A DNA stretch of 64,000 bases from Eukaryota sp. GEM-RC1 (taxonomy: Eukaryota), in contig JAUFOQ010000016.1 of assembly GCA_040285855.1 (NCBI GenBank), positions 1,240,001 to 1,304,000 of the forward strand, read 5' to 3'. Positions 13,040-25,688 of this stretch are shown piece after piece. Made by a program: the position numbers and the translations under genes. Below the pieces are notes generated by a model. The model did no database searches. It was not told the DNA's origin and saw only the letters and a program-made list of their open reading frames with translations. Positions within the stretch are counted from its first letter, which is position 1, and every line of letters begins with the position of its first letter.

Positions 13040-14939
13040 CAGGGATCGAAAAAATATATTGCAATACATTTCTAGCATAAAAAATGTACAATAAATATAT
13101 TGGAAAATGGGAAAATATCAGAAATGCCCACGTTTTTCTTTGGCATTATCAAAAATACCCACGCACATCTCGTCTATCAAAAATGCCCATATTGTACCAT
13201 GCTTTATTCGACAGCTACTTGTACTTCTATACCTCATCTTAACATCCATTGAGAACCTCGTTTGCATTATCGATGGATCTTTCCTCATCATCGTAATCTA
13301 CAAGATGAACTTCTTCCACTTCGACCTCGTCTCTATCTTGATCAAATTCTGCTAACCATCTATCTGCTTTTGTCATTCTTGCATGTTTAGCTTTCTTGGG
13401 GAAGGCTCCGTTGGGGAACCTTCTCCTGACGTCTTCCAGGAGTCTTCTGAACAAGAGGAGGATTGATTGTAGGATTCCTCTTGTTCCACTCTTTTACGAG
13501 TGGGATGATATGTATTCTGCCTTCGTAGGTTTGTTGTAGTTAACCAAAGAAAGGACCTCATCAATAGCTTCCAGAGGTCTCTTTTTCAGGTATGTTTACA
13601 ATAAAATGGACATCATTCATACCATCTACTTCATAAATATGATCGTTTGACCCTAAATGAATGTTCAGCAAAGTAGTTTATTTTGAATGGATAGAAGGGG
13701 AGAGTAGCTATTTTACGGGAAACTCGCTTATCAGGACGGACAGAAGTGGCTCTAAGAACGAAGGAGCAATCACATGTCTAATTAGACAAATTGACACACG
13801 ATCTGGATCTGATTTAACAGTCTTAGATTCAGCATCGACACGCAAATTGTGTACAGAAACAGCATTTAGAAGCCGCTTCTTTGATTCAAAGAAGCGACCT
13901 TTTGCAGAGATTGAATAGCTTGAGAACAAAGTTGCAGCTATCTTTCAATCTGTTGTTGATCAGCACTCGATTCACTAGCCATAATGGTAGGGGGGATGTG
14001 GTGGGCAATTTTGATACGCCAAAATTACATGTGGGCAATTTTGATAGAGGGGTCTTGGAATGTGGGCATTTTTGCTATTTTCTCATTGGAAAATGTGATC
14101 ATTGCAATAAATATCTTGGAAACTGAGATGATTGCAATAAATAATTGCAATACATTGCAATATTTTGGGTAAAATTTGGTCCATGAAAAGTAAGAAATTG
14201 AGACGTTCTGCATTGTGCTGAAATTAACTGACTGAAAATCAACCACTAGTAGAACGTCACAGCTTTTAGTCGGTTACCCTTTCAGATACATGCATAAGAA
14301 CATTAATTATACTTCTTAACGTACAGTAAATACCGACACCGCTTCTGATCATAATGTACGCTCAGACTGTACAACCCATCTTTCTAATTTGCTCTTCTGT
14401 TGGTATCAATACTTATTTACTTCAATGGTTCCTATGATGTGATGTATGCGTGTTGCAACTTTTTAGTGAATCGTCACGTACGTATACCACGTTCATTACA
14501 GTCCCACCTACTACATGATAAGACTTCCCGCTTCCTGGTACAGACTCTGGGCAGGGATCGAAAAAAATTAATTGTATTGCTGGGTGCCACTATGATTGGA
14601 ACGTGTCGTTATTGATATTTAAATAAACACATGTACCAGTTTCCACCAATCTCATTGCTTGAAGTATGTGTTGAGTGATGACAATAGAGATGCAGAAACC
14701 AACTGTAGGTCCCCCTTTAACTTTTTTGGACTTGCAGTGGATATGCAGTAATAGAAAGTGTTCTTATGAACAAGACTTGTTAGAGTTACTCTGCATAAAT
14801 CTCGTTGTGACATATTGCAATATATTGCAATTAACCCTTTGTTGCAATAAATATATTGCGCATCAAAAGACGTGCAATATTTATTGCAATATAATTTATT
14901 TCAATATATTGCAATACAATTTATTTTTTTTGATCCCTG
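13040..14939. mobile_element. Non-autonomous hAT-type DNA transposon
   Basis: Termini CAGGGATC..AAAA / TTTTGATCCCTG; perfect 8-bp TSD GTTTAAAG at 13032-13039 and 14940-14947; extra internal TIR copy at ~14552. Confidence 0.85.
13109..14084. mobile_element. MULE-type non-autonomous element nested in the hAT element
   Basis: ~80-bp imperfect TIRs (GGGAAAAT..AAATGCCCAC / GTGGGCATTT..ATTTTCTC); 10-bp TSD ATTGGAAAAT at 13099-13108 and 14085-14094. Confidence 0.75.
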
Positions 14940-15142
14940 GTTTAAAGTTTAAACTTCTCAACTATTTCTTCTAAACCATAAAACCAAAACTGTGTTGGAT
15001 TTTGATGATTTAAAAATACATCTAAAATACAGGTGTGACAGTGAGGCTGGGGTTGTTAGTCCTAACAACTATCCAGAATAAGAGTAGAGAAAACAAAAAG
15101 CAATTGAAGAGATTAAACACTAAGAGATTAGAGGCGCAACTT

Positions 15143-16921
15143 ATGCCCCTTCGATTATCTGGTTCTTCAAATCTTCCTGCTAAGAAGACTAATGTAGGCT
15201 CAATAGATGAGCCTCTTACTTCACAATCACGCTCATCTTCACTTGATTTAGAACAAAAACTTCGTCACATCCTTGTTAAAAAGTCCTCAGTTCCCCAGTC
15301 TAAACCATCAACTACTCCCACTTCCACTCAATCTTTTCCATCAGCACCCCGTACTTGTCCCATAAGAAATAGATTTTCTAAGGACTCAATGACCTGGGAT
15401 TTCCAAACAGAAGACACTCTGAACGACTCCAACTCAATCTCAGCTGAACTCTTCACCTCATCTTCTCTTCCCACTCCCTCTAAGTCCTCTCTAGACTCTC
15501 TTCTTTCCTCCAAACATTGGTCAGAAAAGTCTCTTTCTGAAATGACTCCCCGAGACTGGAGAATCTTACGAGAAGACTTTTACATTAGAATTAAAGGGAA
15601 CACTGTTAATCCAATAAGAAACTGGAATGAAGCCTCCATTGATTCTGAACTTCTGGCGGTGATTAGTTCCTTTGGGTTTAAAACTCCCACTCCAGTTCAA
15701 ATGCAGGCAATACCTGTCGCTCTCGACTGTCATGATAGTGATTTGATTGCTATTGCCAAAACGGGCAGTGGAAAGACGTTAGCTTATCTTATTCCTTTAT
15801 TTGAGCATATTTTAAACAGACCTAAAATCACTCCAATCAATGCTGATTTAGGACCTTATGCACTAATCATTGGTCCCACACGTGAGCTAGTCAATCAGAT
15901 TCATCAAGAAGCTCTCAAGATTGCACCAAAGTTAGGAATCAACATTAAGTGTCTTTTTGGAGGTGTCTCTCTTGAATCTCAATGTAGTGGCCTGTCAGCT
16001 GGTCTCGGGTTCGACTCCCACTCGGAGCATTCTCCTGGAGTTCACTTGATCATTGCTACCCCAGGGAGACTGAAGGATGCTGTCTCCCGTCGTTTTATCT
16101 CTCTTGCTCAATGTGATTCTGTTGTGTTGGATGAGTGTGACAAAATGATTGCACTGGGATTTATTGATCAGATTGAAAGTATTCTTTCGTTTCTACCTGC
16201 TTCTAATACTTCTTCTTTCGAGTTTGATAGGGACTCTGACTCAGTTCTACCTAAAGTTAGGTTTAGAAAGACTCTAATGTTCTCAGCTACTTTCCCTCAA
16301 GATTTAGAAGACATTGCTTTAAAGTTCCTTAGAAACCCTGTTTTCCTTGCTGTTGGAACAGTGGGAAAGGTGTCTGAGACTGTTACCCAGAAGGTAATCT
16401 TTTGTAGAAGTGAAGCTAATAAGAAAAACAAGTTAGTTGAGGTCATTTCGCAGTATTCAGATACTCTAATTATTGTGTTTGTCAACACAAAGAAATCTAC
16501 AGACAACATTGCCAAGTTTTTACGTGGAAATGGCCTACCTGCCCAATCTGTTCATGGAGGAAAGACTCAGGAACAGCGGCAGTCAACAATGTCAGGATTC
16601 AAGTCAAGTAAGTTTGATGTGTTGGTAGCGACAGATCTGGCTGGTAGAGGTCTGGATATAAGTGAAGTTTCTGTTGTAATTAACTTTGAACTTCCCACTA
16701 ACATTGATGACTACGTTCATAGGCTAGGAAGGACTGGAAGAGCCGGTAGAGAAGGAGTGGCTGTTAGTTTAGTAGATGAGGGGGATTCAGATATGTTTTA
16801 TGATTTGAGAAAGATGTTAATTGATTGCAATCAGGCTGTTCCAAGTGAGCTCGAAAAGCATGAAAAAAGTCACGTCCAAGTTGACAGTCGTAATCGAAGG
16901 TCGAAGATTTTCACTGTTTAA
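15143..16921 (+). CDS. PRP28: Pre-mRNA splicing DEAD-box helicase Prp28/DDX23
   Basis: Signature HWSEKSLSEMTPRDWRILREDF, AKTGSGKT, DECD, SAT, HRLGRTGRAG; start inferred at ATG 15143. Confidence 0.88.
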   Translation: MPLRLSGSSNLPAKKTNVGSIDEPLTSQSRSSSLDLEQKLRHILVKKSSVPQSKPSTTPTSTQSFPSAPRTCPIRNRFSKDSMTWDFQTEDTLNDSNSISAELFTSSSLPTPSKSSLDSLLSSKHWSEKSLSEMTPRDWRILREDFYIRIKGNTVNPIRNWNEASIDSELLAVISSFGFKTPTPVQMQAIPVALDCHDSDLIAIAKTGSGKTLAYLIPLFEHILNRPKITPINADLGPYALIIGPTRELVNQIHQEALKIAPKLGINIKCLFGGVSLESQCSGLSAGLGFDSHSEHSPGVHLIIATPGRLKDAVSRRFISLAQCDSVVLDECDKMIALGFIDQIESILSFLPASNTSSFEFDRDSDSVLPKVRFRKTLMFSATFPQDLEDIALKFLRNPVFLAVGTVGKVSETVTQKVIFCRSEANKKNKLVEVISQYSDTLIIVFVNTKKSTDNIAKFLRGNGLPAQSVHGGKTQEQRQSTMSGFKSSKFDVLVATDLAGRGLDISEVSVVINFELPTNIDDYVHRLGRTGRAGREGVAVSLVDEGDSDMFYDLRKMLIDCNQAVPSELEKHEKSHVQVDSRNRRSKIFTV

Positions 16922-17630
16922 GGGATTGGTCGTATGGAATTTGTTGATGACGAGGGATTAGATCGGGTGCTGTGCATTCTAGATCGATCATTGTTTGAAA
17001 TTGTGACATCAAACAAAGTTTTTGAACTGTGTTTAAAAAATGTTTAACAAATGTTGTATGGGCGTGTTTTCTTGTCTTGATTTTTTTTCGGTCGTTGTTG
17101 TTGTTCTTTGACATGTTTCTTTCAATTCGATAATGGTTTTTTCAGTACGGGAATATTCATTTGGTTTTTTTCATAAACCTCTATCTTTTCCGAAAACATC
17201 GAAAGAATGTTAATACATATTTTTACAATCCTTTATTTAAGTCTGTTCAGCAGAAGACTTATCATCATGCTGTTGTGACAAGACAGCCTGGACACTCGGA
17301 CATTGACAACATTTGTTAGTAACTTATTCAGACTAGGTCTTTAATGTTAGTTTACAAAAAAAAGGGAGCTTCAAATATGCATCTACCCTAAGGTGGACTG
17401 AATGGTCTCAAAAATACCTAACAAGCAGGGGGAACTAGACAGTGTTTGAGTGATAATTCAATGGATACATTACATTTACTCAATCATTGGAGATGTATTT
17501 TGTGTTGATCACCACTGTTCCTTAACATCATATGCCTAAACATGGAGAACAATGTCTTTGACAGTTATCAACTACAAATCTTGAAGATTCTCAATCAAAT
17601 TGCCACTTTAGACTCTCCTCCTTCTTCAAA

Positions 17631-18264
17631 ATGGTCCTACAACGTTCTGTCTATGACTACATCTTCAAACTTATTGTCATCGGTAATACGGCCACAGGAA
17701 AAAGCTCTCTTCTTTCTAGATATGTGGAACACAAATTTGATGATCAAATGACACATACTATTGGCGTTGAGTTTGGAAGTTCACTTATCTCCATTGATGG
17801 AAAAACGATCAAACTCCAAATCTGGGACACTGCCGGTCAAGAGCGTTTTGCTGTATCTTTCAGTTCTTCCTAGCTCATCACAGGCAGTTACCCGAAGTTA
17901 CTATCGTTCTGCTGTCGGATGCATTCTTGTTTATGATGTGACACGTCGCGAAACTTTTAATCAAATTTCTGTTTGGCTACAAGAAGCAAGAACTTTAGCA
18001 GACCCAGAGTGTGTCATGTGCCTCGTTGGCAATAAGACTGATATTTCTGCACGTGCAGTTTCTACTGAAGAAGGGCATAAGTTTGCACAGGAGAACGGTC
18101 TGATCTTTGTTGAAACATCAGCCAAACTTAACACTAATGTTGAAGATCTTTTTGTCAATACTGCACAGGCCATATACGAACAAGTAAAAGTTGGAAAACT
18201 ACAGGGACATTCTTCTCCAGCATCACAGCCTCAACCGTCATCGGGTGATTCTTGTTCTTGTTAA
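17631..18264 (+). CDS. Rab GTPase of the Rab4/Rab14 group
   Basis: [36 protein letters not shown]-terminal CSC; 31-nt intron 17853-17883. Confidence 0.88.
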
Positions 18265-18279
18265 TATACATGTACATAA

Positions 18280-18660
18280 AGATCCAATTAACAGTCTTAC
18301 ATTGTTCCTTAAAGAAGTAATCTGGTAATCCTAGAGGTTATGATATTGAGTTCTGGATTTTGTTCATATCCCACAGTTTCTCTTCTATAAATACAAGTAA
18401 GTCAACTATTGACTCAAATGACCAGCACTCGATGTATACGTGGCAGTAATGGTTTTCTGACAGACAAAAATTTGTCTTCACCCCAACATTCCAGATCCAA
18501 TTAACAGTTCTACATTGTACCTTAAAGAAGTAATCTGGTAATCCTAGAGGTTATGATATTGAGTTCTGGTTTTTCTTCCTATCCCACAGTTTTTGTTCTA
18601 TAAATACAAGTAAGTTAACTATTGACTCAAATGACCAGCACTCGATGGTTACGTGGCGGT
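18280..18660. repeat. Two ~165-bp direct repeats (period ~213 bp)
   Basis: AGATCCAATTAACAG..TAAAGAAGTAATCTGGTAATCCTAGAGG..GACCAGCACTCGATG begins at ~18280 and ~18493. Confidence 0.9.
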
Positions 18661-18898
18661 ACAGTCAACCCTGTCTATAGCGTCACTATATGTCCTTACG
18701 CTATAACCAGTTTTACGCAATATCCAATAAATTCACTGTGCAGTTCAACCAATCGAGTTGAGTCTTTATAAACATTACAAGCTAAGAGAACTAAGTGTGA
18801 GTCGATGGATCATCAGCACAGTAGATGAAAGAACCATAGCAGCAACCAGATCATCACTCAACACCAAAATCTTGAGGTAGTTACTAGTGGTTGCATCG

Positions 18899-19279
18899 CC
18901 AATTCCGTTCCGTTCAGACTTCACTAAAGATTTGATTGCAAAGGGATTGGGGATGAAGTATCCAATGTAGGATGAGCTCCAGCTCTCCTCTCTCTACACC
19001 GCTCCAACTGCACCGCTCTCAATGTATTGTGGGTTCTTCTGTATCTCCAATTCCGTTCCGTTCAGACTTCACTAAAGATTTGATTGCAAAGGGATTGGGG
19101 ATGAAGTATCCAATGTAGGATGAGCTCCAGCTCTCCTCTCTACACCGCTCCAACTGCACCGCTCTCAATGTATTGTGGGTTCTTCTGTATCTCCAATTCC
19201 GTTCCGTTCAGACTTCACTAAAGATTTGATTGCAAAGGGATTGGGGATGAAGTATCCAATGTAGGATGAGTTCCAGCTT
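18899..19279. repeat. Tandem repeat, ~147-bp unit, ~2.5 near-identical copies
   Basis: CCAATTCCGTTCCGTTCAGACTTCACTAAAGATTTGATTGC recurs at ~18899, ~19047 and ~19193. Confidence 0.92.
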
Positions 19280-19937
19280 GGGATTGGGGATAACGTAGTT
19301 GTAGTTGTAGTTTTCTATGTATTTTGACGGGGCCAATGTCTTTTGATTGTTGAGCCTAGTCATGTGGGGTTATCCTTCTTTATTCGTTTTCACTGTGTGA
19401 TTTTGAATTTAGAATGAAAGATCTCACCCCAACAATACTACCCACGTGTAACAAGTAGTATTTACGTGTTTATGAAAAATAAAATCGTAAATTATAATAC
19501 TAAATTCTGAATACAATCGTGTTCCGCACAGGCTTCACTAAAGTAGTCCAAAATTCCAAATTAAAGTAAAGTGAAGTACTTTACTTTAAGCTTTACTTTA
19601 CTTTAACAAATAAAGTTACTTTAAGGACATTAAAGTGGGATCCGATCTCAACTCCTCTCCCATACATTCTCTCCTGAAAATTGAAAATAGATTTCCATGA
19701 CATTCATTCCTTCCGAAGAATGGAAGTCAGTATGTGAAGTTGTAGAGGTGTTGGGAAAAACATGTGCCCGCATACATTGCAAACTGTGCGACCAAAACTA
19801 CTCAGTCAATCGATGGGCTATGGAGGTACACTACATCCCGAATCTTCATCCTAAACGACCAATAAAGATGTGGTTCAAGTTGAAGAAGTGAACCCATATG
19901 AAGATGTGGTCCAAGTTGATCCATAGTGAAAATGATA

Positions 19938-20656
19938 CAGTCAGGTTCCTGTAATTTCAACCCCCATAATTTCAAGGATCCTCTAATTTCAAGGTCCCAA
20001 AATGTTACTTCCGATACCTCTAACATCAACTTTTCTCTAATATAACTGCTATCAGCTTCTAGAGCTACTTAAGAGCATCTTCTGGAACGTCGATATGAGT
20101 CTGCATGGAATTTCCTGTTTACGAGCCCTTAGTGTTCTGATAGCTATCTAAGTACATTCTAGCTATGCTGATTATTGATAGAGTCAGTTTGATGTTACTT
20201 TGTGTGTCATAAATCCTGTTTTCGCGTTTGCCTGCGTTCCAACTGGTGGTTTTCTTCCACTCACTTACATCCCAAAATACTTAACTATGAAACTCCAACG
20301 TCTTCTTCGTTGTTGTGGTAGTACTGTTGGTTACTCATTTCCGCAAATCTTGCTAAAAGTGATCTGAAACATGCAAAACTCAGCTCTACACGTTACGTTG
20401 ACGAAGTTCACGGAAAAGGACATCATTGACACCCTTACGGACGACAAGATCAACGAGAAATCAACACTTATCGAATCAGTGCGATTCAGGTAAAGGACTA
20501 AGCAATACAATGAAGAATTGGTGTTTTATTAGGTTATACAGAGACTACAGAGCGTATCATGAGTGAAAGTAGTTGAGAAGATAGAGAGATCCTATAAATT
20601 CAAGGTTCCTGTAATTTCAAGGTCCGGACAGGGTTGAAATTATAGGAACCTGACTG
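19938..20656. mobile_element. Tc1/mariner(pogo)-type MITE
   Basis: 26-bp TIR CAGTCAGGTTCCT(G/A)TAATTTCAACCC, TA on both sides. Confidence 0.88.
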
Positions 20657-20744
20657 TATATTCTTAAGCTCACCCGCTTTCCATTAAGAATTGTAGTTTT
20701 TGGTGAGTTTCTACAATAAAACATGTATAATAGTGTACTTTTGG

Positions 20745-23616
20745 AGAGATGTTTATTCGGCACCCAATAAGGTAACCTTTCTACAAACTATGAAATTGTA
20801 AAAACAAACAAATAATACTAAGATTAAATCCAAACGACTTCATCACCACCCGGTAAAAGATTATGTTTATCTACATGAACCTTCACACCAAACTTGTACA
20901 ATTTCTCAATTAATCTAGAGAAATAGAAAGGCATATTCCGATATATGGAAAACACTATACGGTTTTTCCATTCAGCCATTCTAAACTTACGCTTCTTTTC
21001 TTTACACAATTCTTCGAAATCCTTGAAAAATTGATCACCAGCAGGACTAATAGATCCAAAAGAGAAACAGCAAAAGGTTGAAACACAAATTTGGAATATG
21101 AGTTTCTATTTAATTCTTCTACTTGAGAGTCATACTTGGTGTGTTTGAGCTTTTCAGCTGCTGTTAATGGATTAAATGAAGAATCTAATATCCTACTAAC
21201 ACAAGATTTGTTACATACATCTACTGTAGTAAAATCCATTAATGCTTGACTCGATTTAAGCCACGGAGTATGTAGATCCCCTCGTTTTTGATCAGTAAAT
21301 TCATTTTCTGAAAGATGATTCAAAACTGGTTCAACTTTAGAGTGAAAACCATGTGCTTTAAACATGGAATAACAAGAATCACGTACACCATCATGAATTA
21401 CTGCACGGAGATGAATAAAATAACGACAATTAATTAAATGACGAAAAACACCATTAGCTCCACAAGAGCACGTTGAATAGTTTAATAAATTTGCAGGCCA
21501 AATAGCCAAACGAAGACGCATATTGATCATCCAAGCTTCATCAGATAGATGTAATCCATACACCTTTGGAATTTGAGAAATAAATCCAGAAGGTCCACTA
21601 TTACAAAGATCGATTAAAAAAGCAGCGAACTCGGGACTATTAGTTTTAGCCAAGCTAATACGATTATTAAAGTCCAAGAGTTCAAACTCCTTGTCAATTT
21701 ATTTTGCAGCTTACATACAGCAGATGGTAGAGATGAAATATTTTTAAAGGAGTCTCCTTCAAATGAGCAGGGAACAAAGATTCCCACATTTCAGGAGACA
21801 AAGATGATAACAAATCTTTAGCAGATTGAATCCAACGGCAATTACTGGAATTCAACAGATTGATTCCATCCAAGGGAAACCGTTTCAAAAATTCAAACAT
21901 AAAATTCTTAACACCTCCTAAAAGAGCAGATTTTCTAATGATTTTTGCATGGGTGAAACCTACTCCTGCGAATTCAGAAGAATAAAAAGCATGAAATGGA
22001 ATCTTAGACTCATCAATTTCAGCCAAGTTAGAGAGAAAATTTGTTCTAATAGAATTAAATTTCTTGGCAAATGTTTCAGTAAGGGAATACTAGTAGTCTA
22101 ATGAACGTAAAAAATGATTAATTTTCCCGGAAAAACAGACCTGAAGCATAGCAAAGGAAACATGTTTGCTCACATCTAAAGATAATATTTGATTTAGTTT
22201 TTCTTCAATTGTAGTTAATGAACTCTCCAATTCTGAATGAATTTTCTCATAATTTCCCAAAAACGTGCCAAGGAAACGAAAACATTAAGTAGAATAATCG
22301 ATGATAGGAATATTACAAAAACCAAGATTAGAAACATTCGAAGACTTAACAACAAGAAAACACTTATCAAAATTGATTGTTAAACCAATACTCAAAGAAA
22401 GTTCGATGAAACGTGAAAAACACTTTTTGAGAACGTCAACTGGAGCGATCAGCGAAGAATCATCAGCATAAGCACAAATTTTAACAGTTGGAAATTCTAA
22501 TTGTAAGATTTTAAATAATTTTTGCAGAGCGAGACAAAACAAAAAAGGACCCAAAGGATCACCTTGCTTAACCCCTCTAGTTGATTTAATATCAAACTTG
22601 TCATAAATTAAATTCGACGCTTTACCATAAAAAATATTAAAATAGGGAATCAACTGAGGAAAAAATTTAGAAAGTTCGTCAGATATAGTTGATCTTAAAA
22701 CACAATTAAATGCATTTTTAAAATCAATGTTCAAAATGGCATTTTCCTCATTTGAATGAAAAAGAAAATCAGAGGTTAAAGCAGCACACGTAGTACCATC
22801 AGGAACTCCAACTGCAAATTGAAACGGTCTAAAGAATTCAACAGAGGAATCTCTGACTCTCCTAAAGCACAAAGTTGAAAAAATACGAGAAATTGTTTCA
22901 CCCACTGCAATTGGTCTCACACCTCCATTTGGTTTGCTTAAAGCCACTAATCTAGAAGAGCAAAGAGCATGAGGTAATTTCTTTGTGCCTAATAAAACTT
23001 CATTAAAGAAAACAGCAAGATCTTCACAAATTTCAGGAACAGCATTAACGGCAATTTTAAAATGATCAAAACTCATTCCAGAAGGACCAGCAGCACGACC
23101 AGAAGGGGATGACGAAATTAATTGTAAAATTTCATCAACTAAAACAGGTTTGTTAGTCCAGTACGACATAGAAAGTTCACCAAAAACCGGATTGCCTGAA
23201 AATTCTTCAACAGGGTGTAATTTTTTCAGTTTTTCAACAGTTTCAACAGAAACTTCAGCTGGAAGTGTGTGATTAAGGGAGGACAAAGCAGAAGAAAACT
23301 GACCTCGTAAAACAAGATTTTGAAATCTTTTAGCAATAAACTTATCACTAACTTGAGACTTAAGAACAGGTTTAATTTTTCTATTGGACTTCTTAACAAT
23401 TGACAACATATATCGCCAAAAGGTGCGGGATTCCAAATTCCACCACGTAAAATTTGTGTCACACTTCTAAGAGCAGTCCCGACATTAACGGCCGCCATTG
23501 GAGATATCATGATAGGAATTCTAAATTGTGGACGACATACATCAATAGGTGAACAATCAAAACACACAAGAAGTGGACGATTGGATTTATTTTTCCCAGA
23601 AACAAAACTTACTTAC
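20745..23616 (-). mobile_element. 5'-truncated RLE-type (CRE/NeSL/R2-like) non-LTR retrotransposon, frameshifted
   Basis: RT motifs RPIAVGE, DFKNAFN, GVKQGDPLGP, YADD (22285-23436); C-terminal CSCG..H..C, HDGVRD, KRGDL, AAEKLKHTKY; candidate 10-bp TSD GTACTTTTGG at 20735-20744 and 23617-23626. Confidence 0.88.
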
Positions 23617-23824
23617 GTACTTTTGGTGTCACAGAGTTTATTTACTGTGCTCAAAAAGCCAAGTAATCAAGATTGAGGATTGTCACTTTACAGTTTCAAA
23701 ATCTTAAAGTAAAGTGAAGTAAAGTAAAGCAAAGTCACTTTATCACTTTACTACTTTAGTGAAGCCTGGTTCCGTATACAAATTTGCTTCGCCAATCTTC
23801 GTTAAAACTCCCCTTCCCACAACA

Positions 23825-24160
23825 ATGCTGTCGTCAATTGTTTCCTCCGTCCGATCCTCCATCCCTTCCCTTCTTAATAGTTACTCCCAAGTTGCATGTC
23901 TTTCCGTCAACAATCGCTTCCAAAATGTGCCTAAGGTCCAGCAGATCTTAACAGACTATGGATGTAGCATCAAGACACGTGTAGGTCTTCATCACACGGT
24001 ATGTATCATTTCGTCACACTCATTCAAGGACCCTGAATGCTCCACCAGTGGTTTAATCATCCTTGCAATGGACTCCAAGAATCGCAACATGTCTCAAAGA
24101 TGTCTTGATGAACTTAATTCTGTTCAGGGAGTCTCTGTAAAAACTGTAGAGTTCAACTAG
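23825..24160 (+). CDS. Small ACT-like protein resembling the bacterial TM1266 'iron-only hydrogenase system regulator' family, with N-terminal extension
   Basis: NRFQNVPKVQQILTDYGCSIKTRVGLH..CSTSGLIIL..L..VQGVSVKTVEF; probable 30-nt intron 23999-24028. Confidence 0.7.
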   Translation: MLSSIVSSVRSSIPSLLNSYSQVACLSVNNRFQNVPKVQQILTDYGCSIKTRVGLHHTVCIISSHSFKDPECSTSGLIILAMDSKNRNMSQRCLDELNSVQGVSVKTVEFN

Positions 24161-24254
24161 ATTTCCTGTCTTTATTGTACATACAAAATAATGCACATTT
24201 GTATTTGCAAGTCTTTGATGATATCATATAAGTTCATACTGTTTGTTTTCTCTC

Positions 24255-25472
24255 TGATTTTGAGAAAATGGTCAAAAAAAAGAATGAACAAGAAATTTGA
24301 TTTCAAATTTTGGTTGAATCGTATTGTTTTTACAATATTTAAAACAATTCCTATCATGATTTCAAAAGCTCTATTAGCTCTCAGTGTTTTTTATGAAGAA
24401 GTAATCGTATGGCAATGATTGTTGCTTTAATGATATTGAATTCTAGTATTTGTGTTAATTTTAATGTTTTTAATAAAGTTCATCTATTGAAAAAAAGTAA
24501 TCGCATCAACAGCCGTTAGTTCGTCATTGACTGATGGAACTATGACATCAGCCGTTCTTTACCAAAACTCTTATCAGAATCACTATTTTTTAATTATTGA
24601 TTTCAAAGATTCGATTTTGTGGGACTTACACATTGCACGAATTTGATCTATGACAGCATCATGAATGCAAGTCCTAAAATGTTGTGATCCATTGAAGATC
24701 TTTGGACAACAATCCATAAATCTGTCGAATTTGGTTAATCAAAGCAACTGAACATCTGTCCTTCAAATTGATTAAAACCAGAATAACAAATGTAGAGCGT
24801 GAAGAACTTTAAGTGTTTTTAATTTCAGGAACTTTGATTTTATCCAACTCTTGTTGAATCTAAATCAAGTAATCATCAAGATTTTTGACAACATCCTCCT
24901 TTTTACCAATAAAAAACAATCAAGAAATCAGAAAGATGATTAATAAAAGGTACTCAATTGAACGAATTGTTAACAAATTAGGTTCTTTTCCTATACCGAA
25001 ACACTTTTCAATATTTAGATATAAACCCATCTCTTCATTCAAAGTGGCAGCTTCTGCAGAAATTGCTTAGTCTCAAAATGTGCAATAAAGGAAACGCCTT
25101 CAATCTAGATGTAAGCCAAATCCTTTGATGAACAATACAAGTCAAGCAAAACTGAAAGTCAAATGTCTTGTTCATTCTTTTTTTACAACTATCTCAACAT
25201 CAGAGAAAACAAAGAGCTTCTTTACCAAGTCGAACATAAATTGAAATGGCAATAGGACATAATTCGTACTCAACATGTCTAGAATGTTTGAGAGTAGTCA
25301 AGGGAACATCATATTTGTTTCTCTTGTATTGTTCTGAAAAATCAAGTGGAGACATTGTTAGCATCCTTAAATGCCCTTTTTGCAAACATTCACAGTAATC
25401 GTATGGCAATGATTGTTGCTTTAATGATATTGAATTCTAGTATTTGTGTTTATTTTAATGTTTTTAATAAAG
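24255..25472. pseudogene. Cluster of degenerate RLE non-LTR fragments
   Basis: + strand KFDFKFWLNRIVFTIFK (~24290); - strand HFRTCIHDAVIDQIRAMCKSH (~24610-24680); 79-bp direct repeat at 24400-24478 and 25394-25472. Confidence 0.6.
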
Positions 25473-25688
25473 AGGTTGACCAAAAAAAAGTTCATACTGT
25501 TTTAGAATTGTTGCTTAAACATTTGCACTACTTCTATTTACACTTATTTATCACATCAAAAATCAATTTTGTCCGATCACTACAGTAGCAGCATCATTGA
25601 TGATGCAATTGAACTCTTGAGTACGTGAACATGTCATGTCATCGGAGTCTGCAATATGCTTTTTCGATAGAAATTTTTACTTTCCTCT

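Larger units (their letters stand above)
19529..23768 (+). mobile_element. Defective hAT element hosting a MITE and a non-LTR retrotransposon
   Basis: 19-bp TIR CAGGCTTCACTAAAGTAGT; 8-bp TSD GTTCCGCA/GTTCCGTA; subterminal AAAGT repeats; ORF remnant 19697-19891 with BED-like CKLC..H..H. Confidence 0.85.

Noticed and set aside
16129..16142. DECD instead of DEAD in PRP28
   Set aside because: DECD occurs in other active DEAD-box helicases; minor variation
18899..19279. CRISPR-like array
   Set aside because: Units are near-identical along their whole length, with no unique spacers and no cas genes
24400..25472. 79-bp direct repeats as LTRs
   Set aside because: No TG..CA ends or TSD; the first follows an RLE C-terminal coding remnant, so they look like retroelement 3' ends
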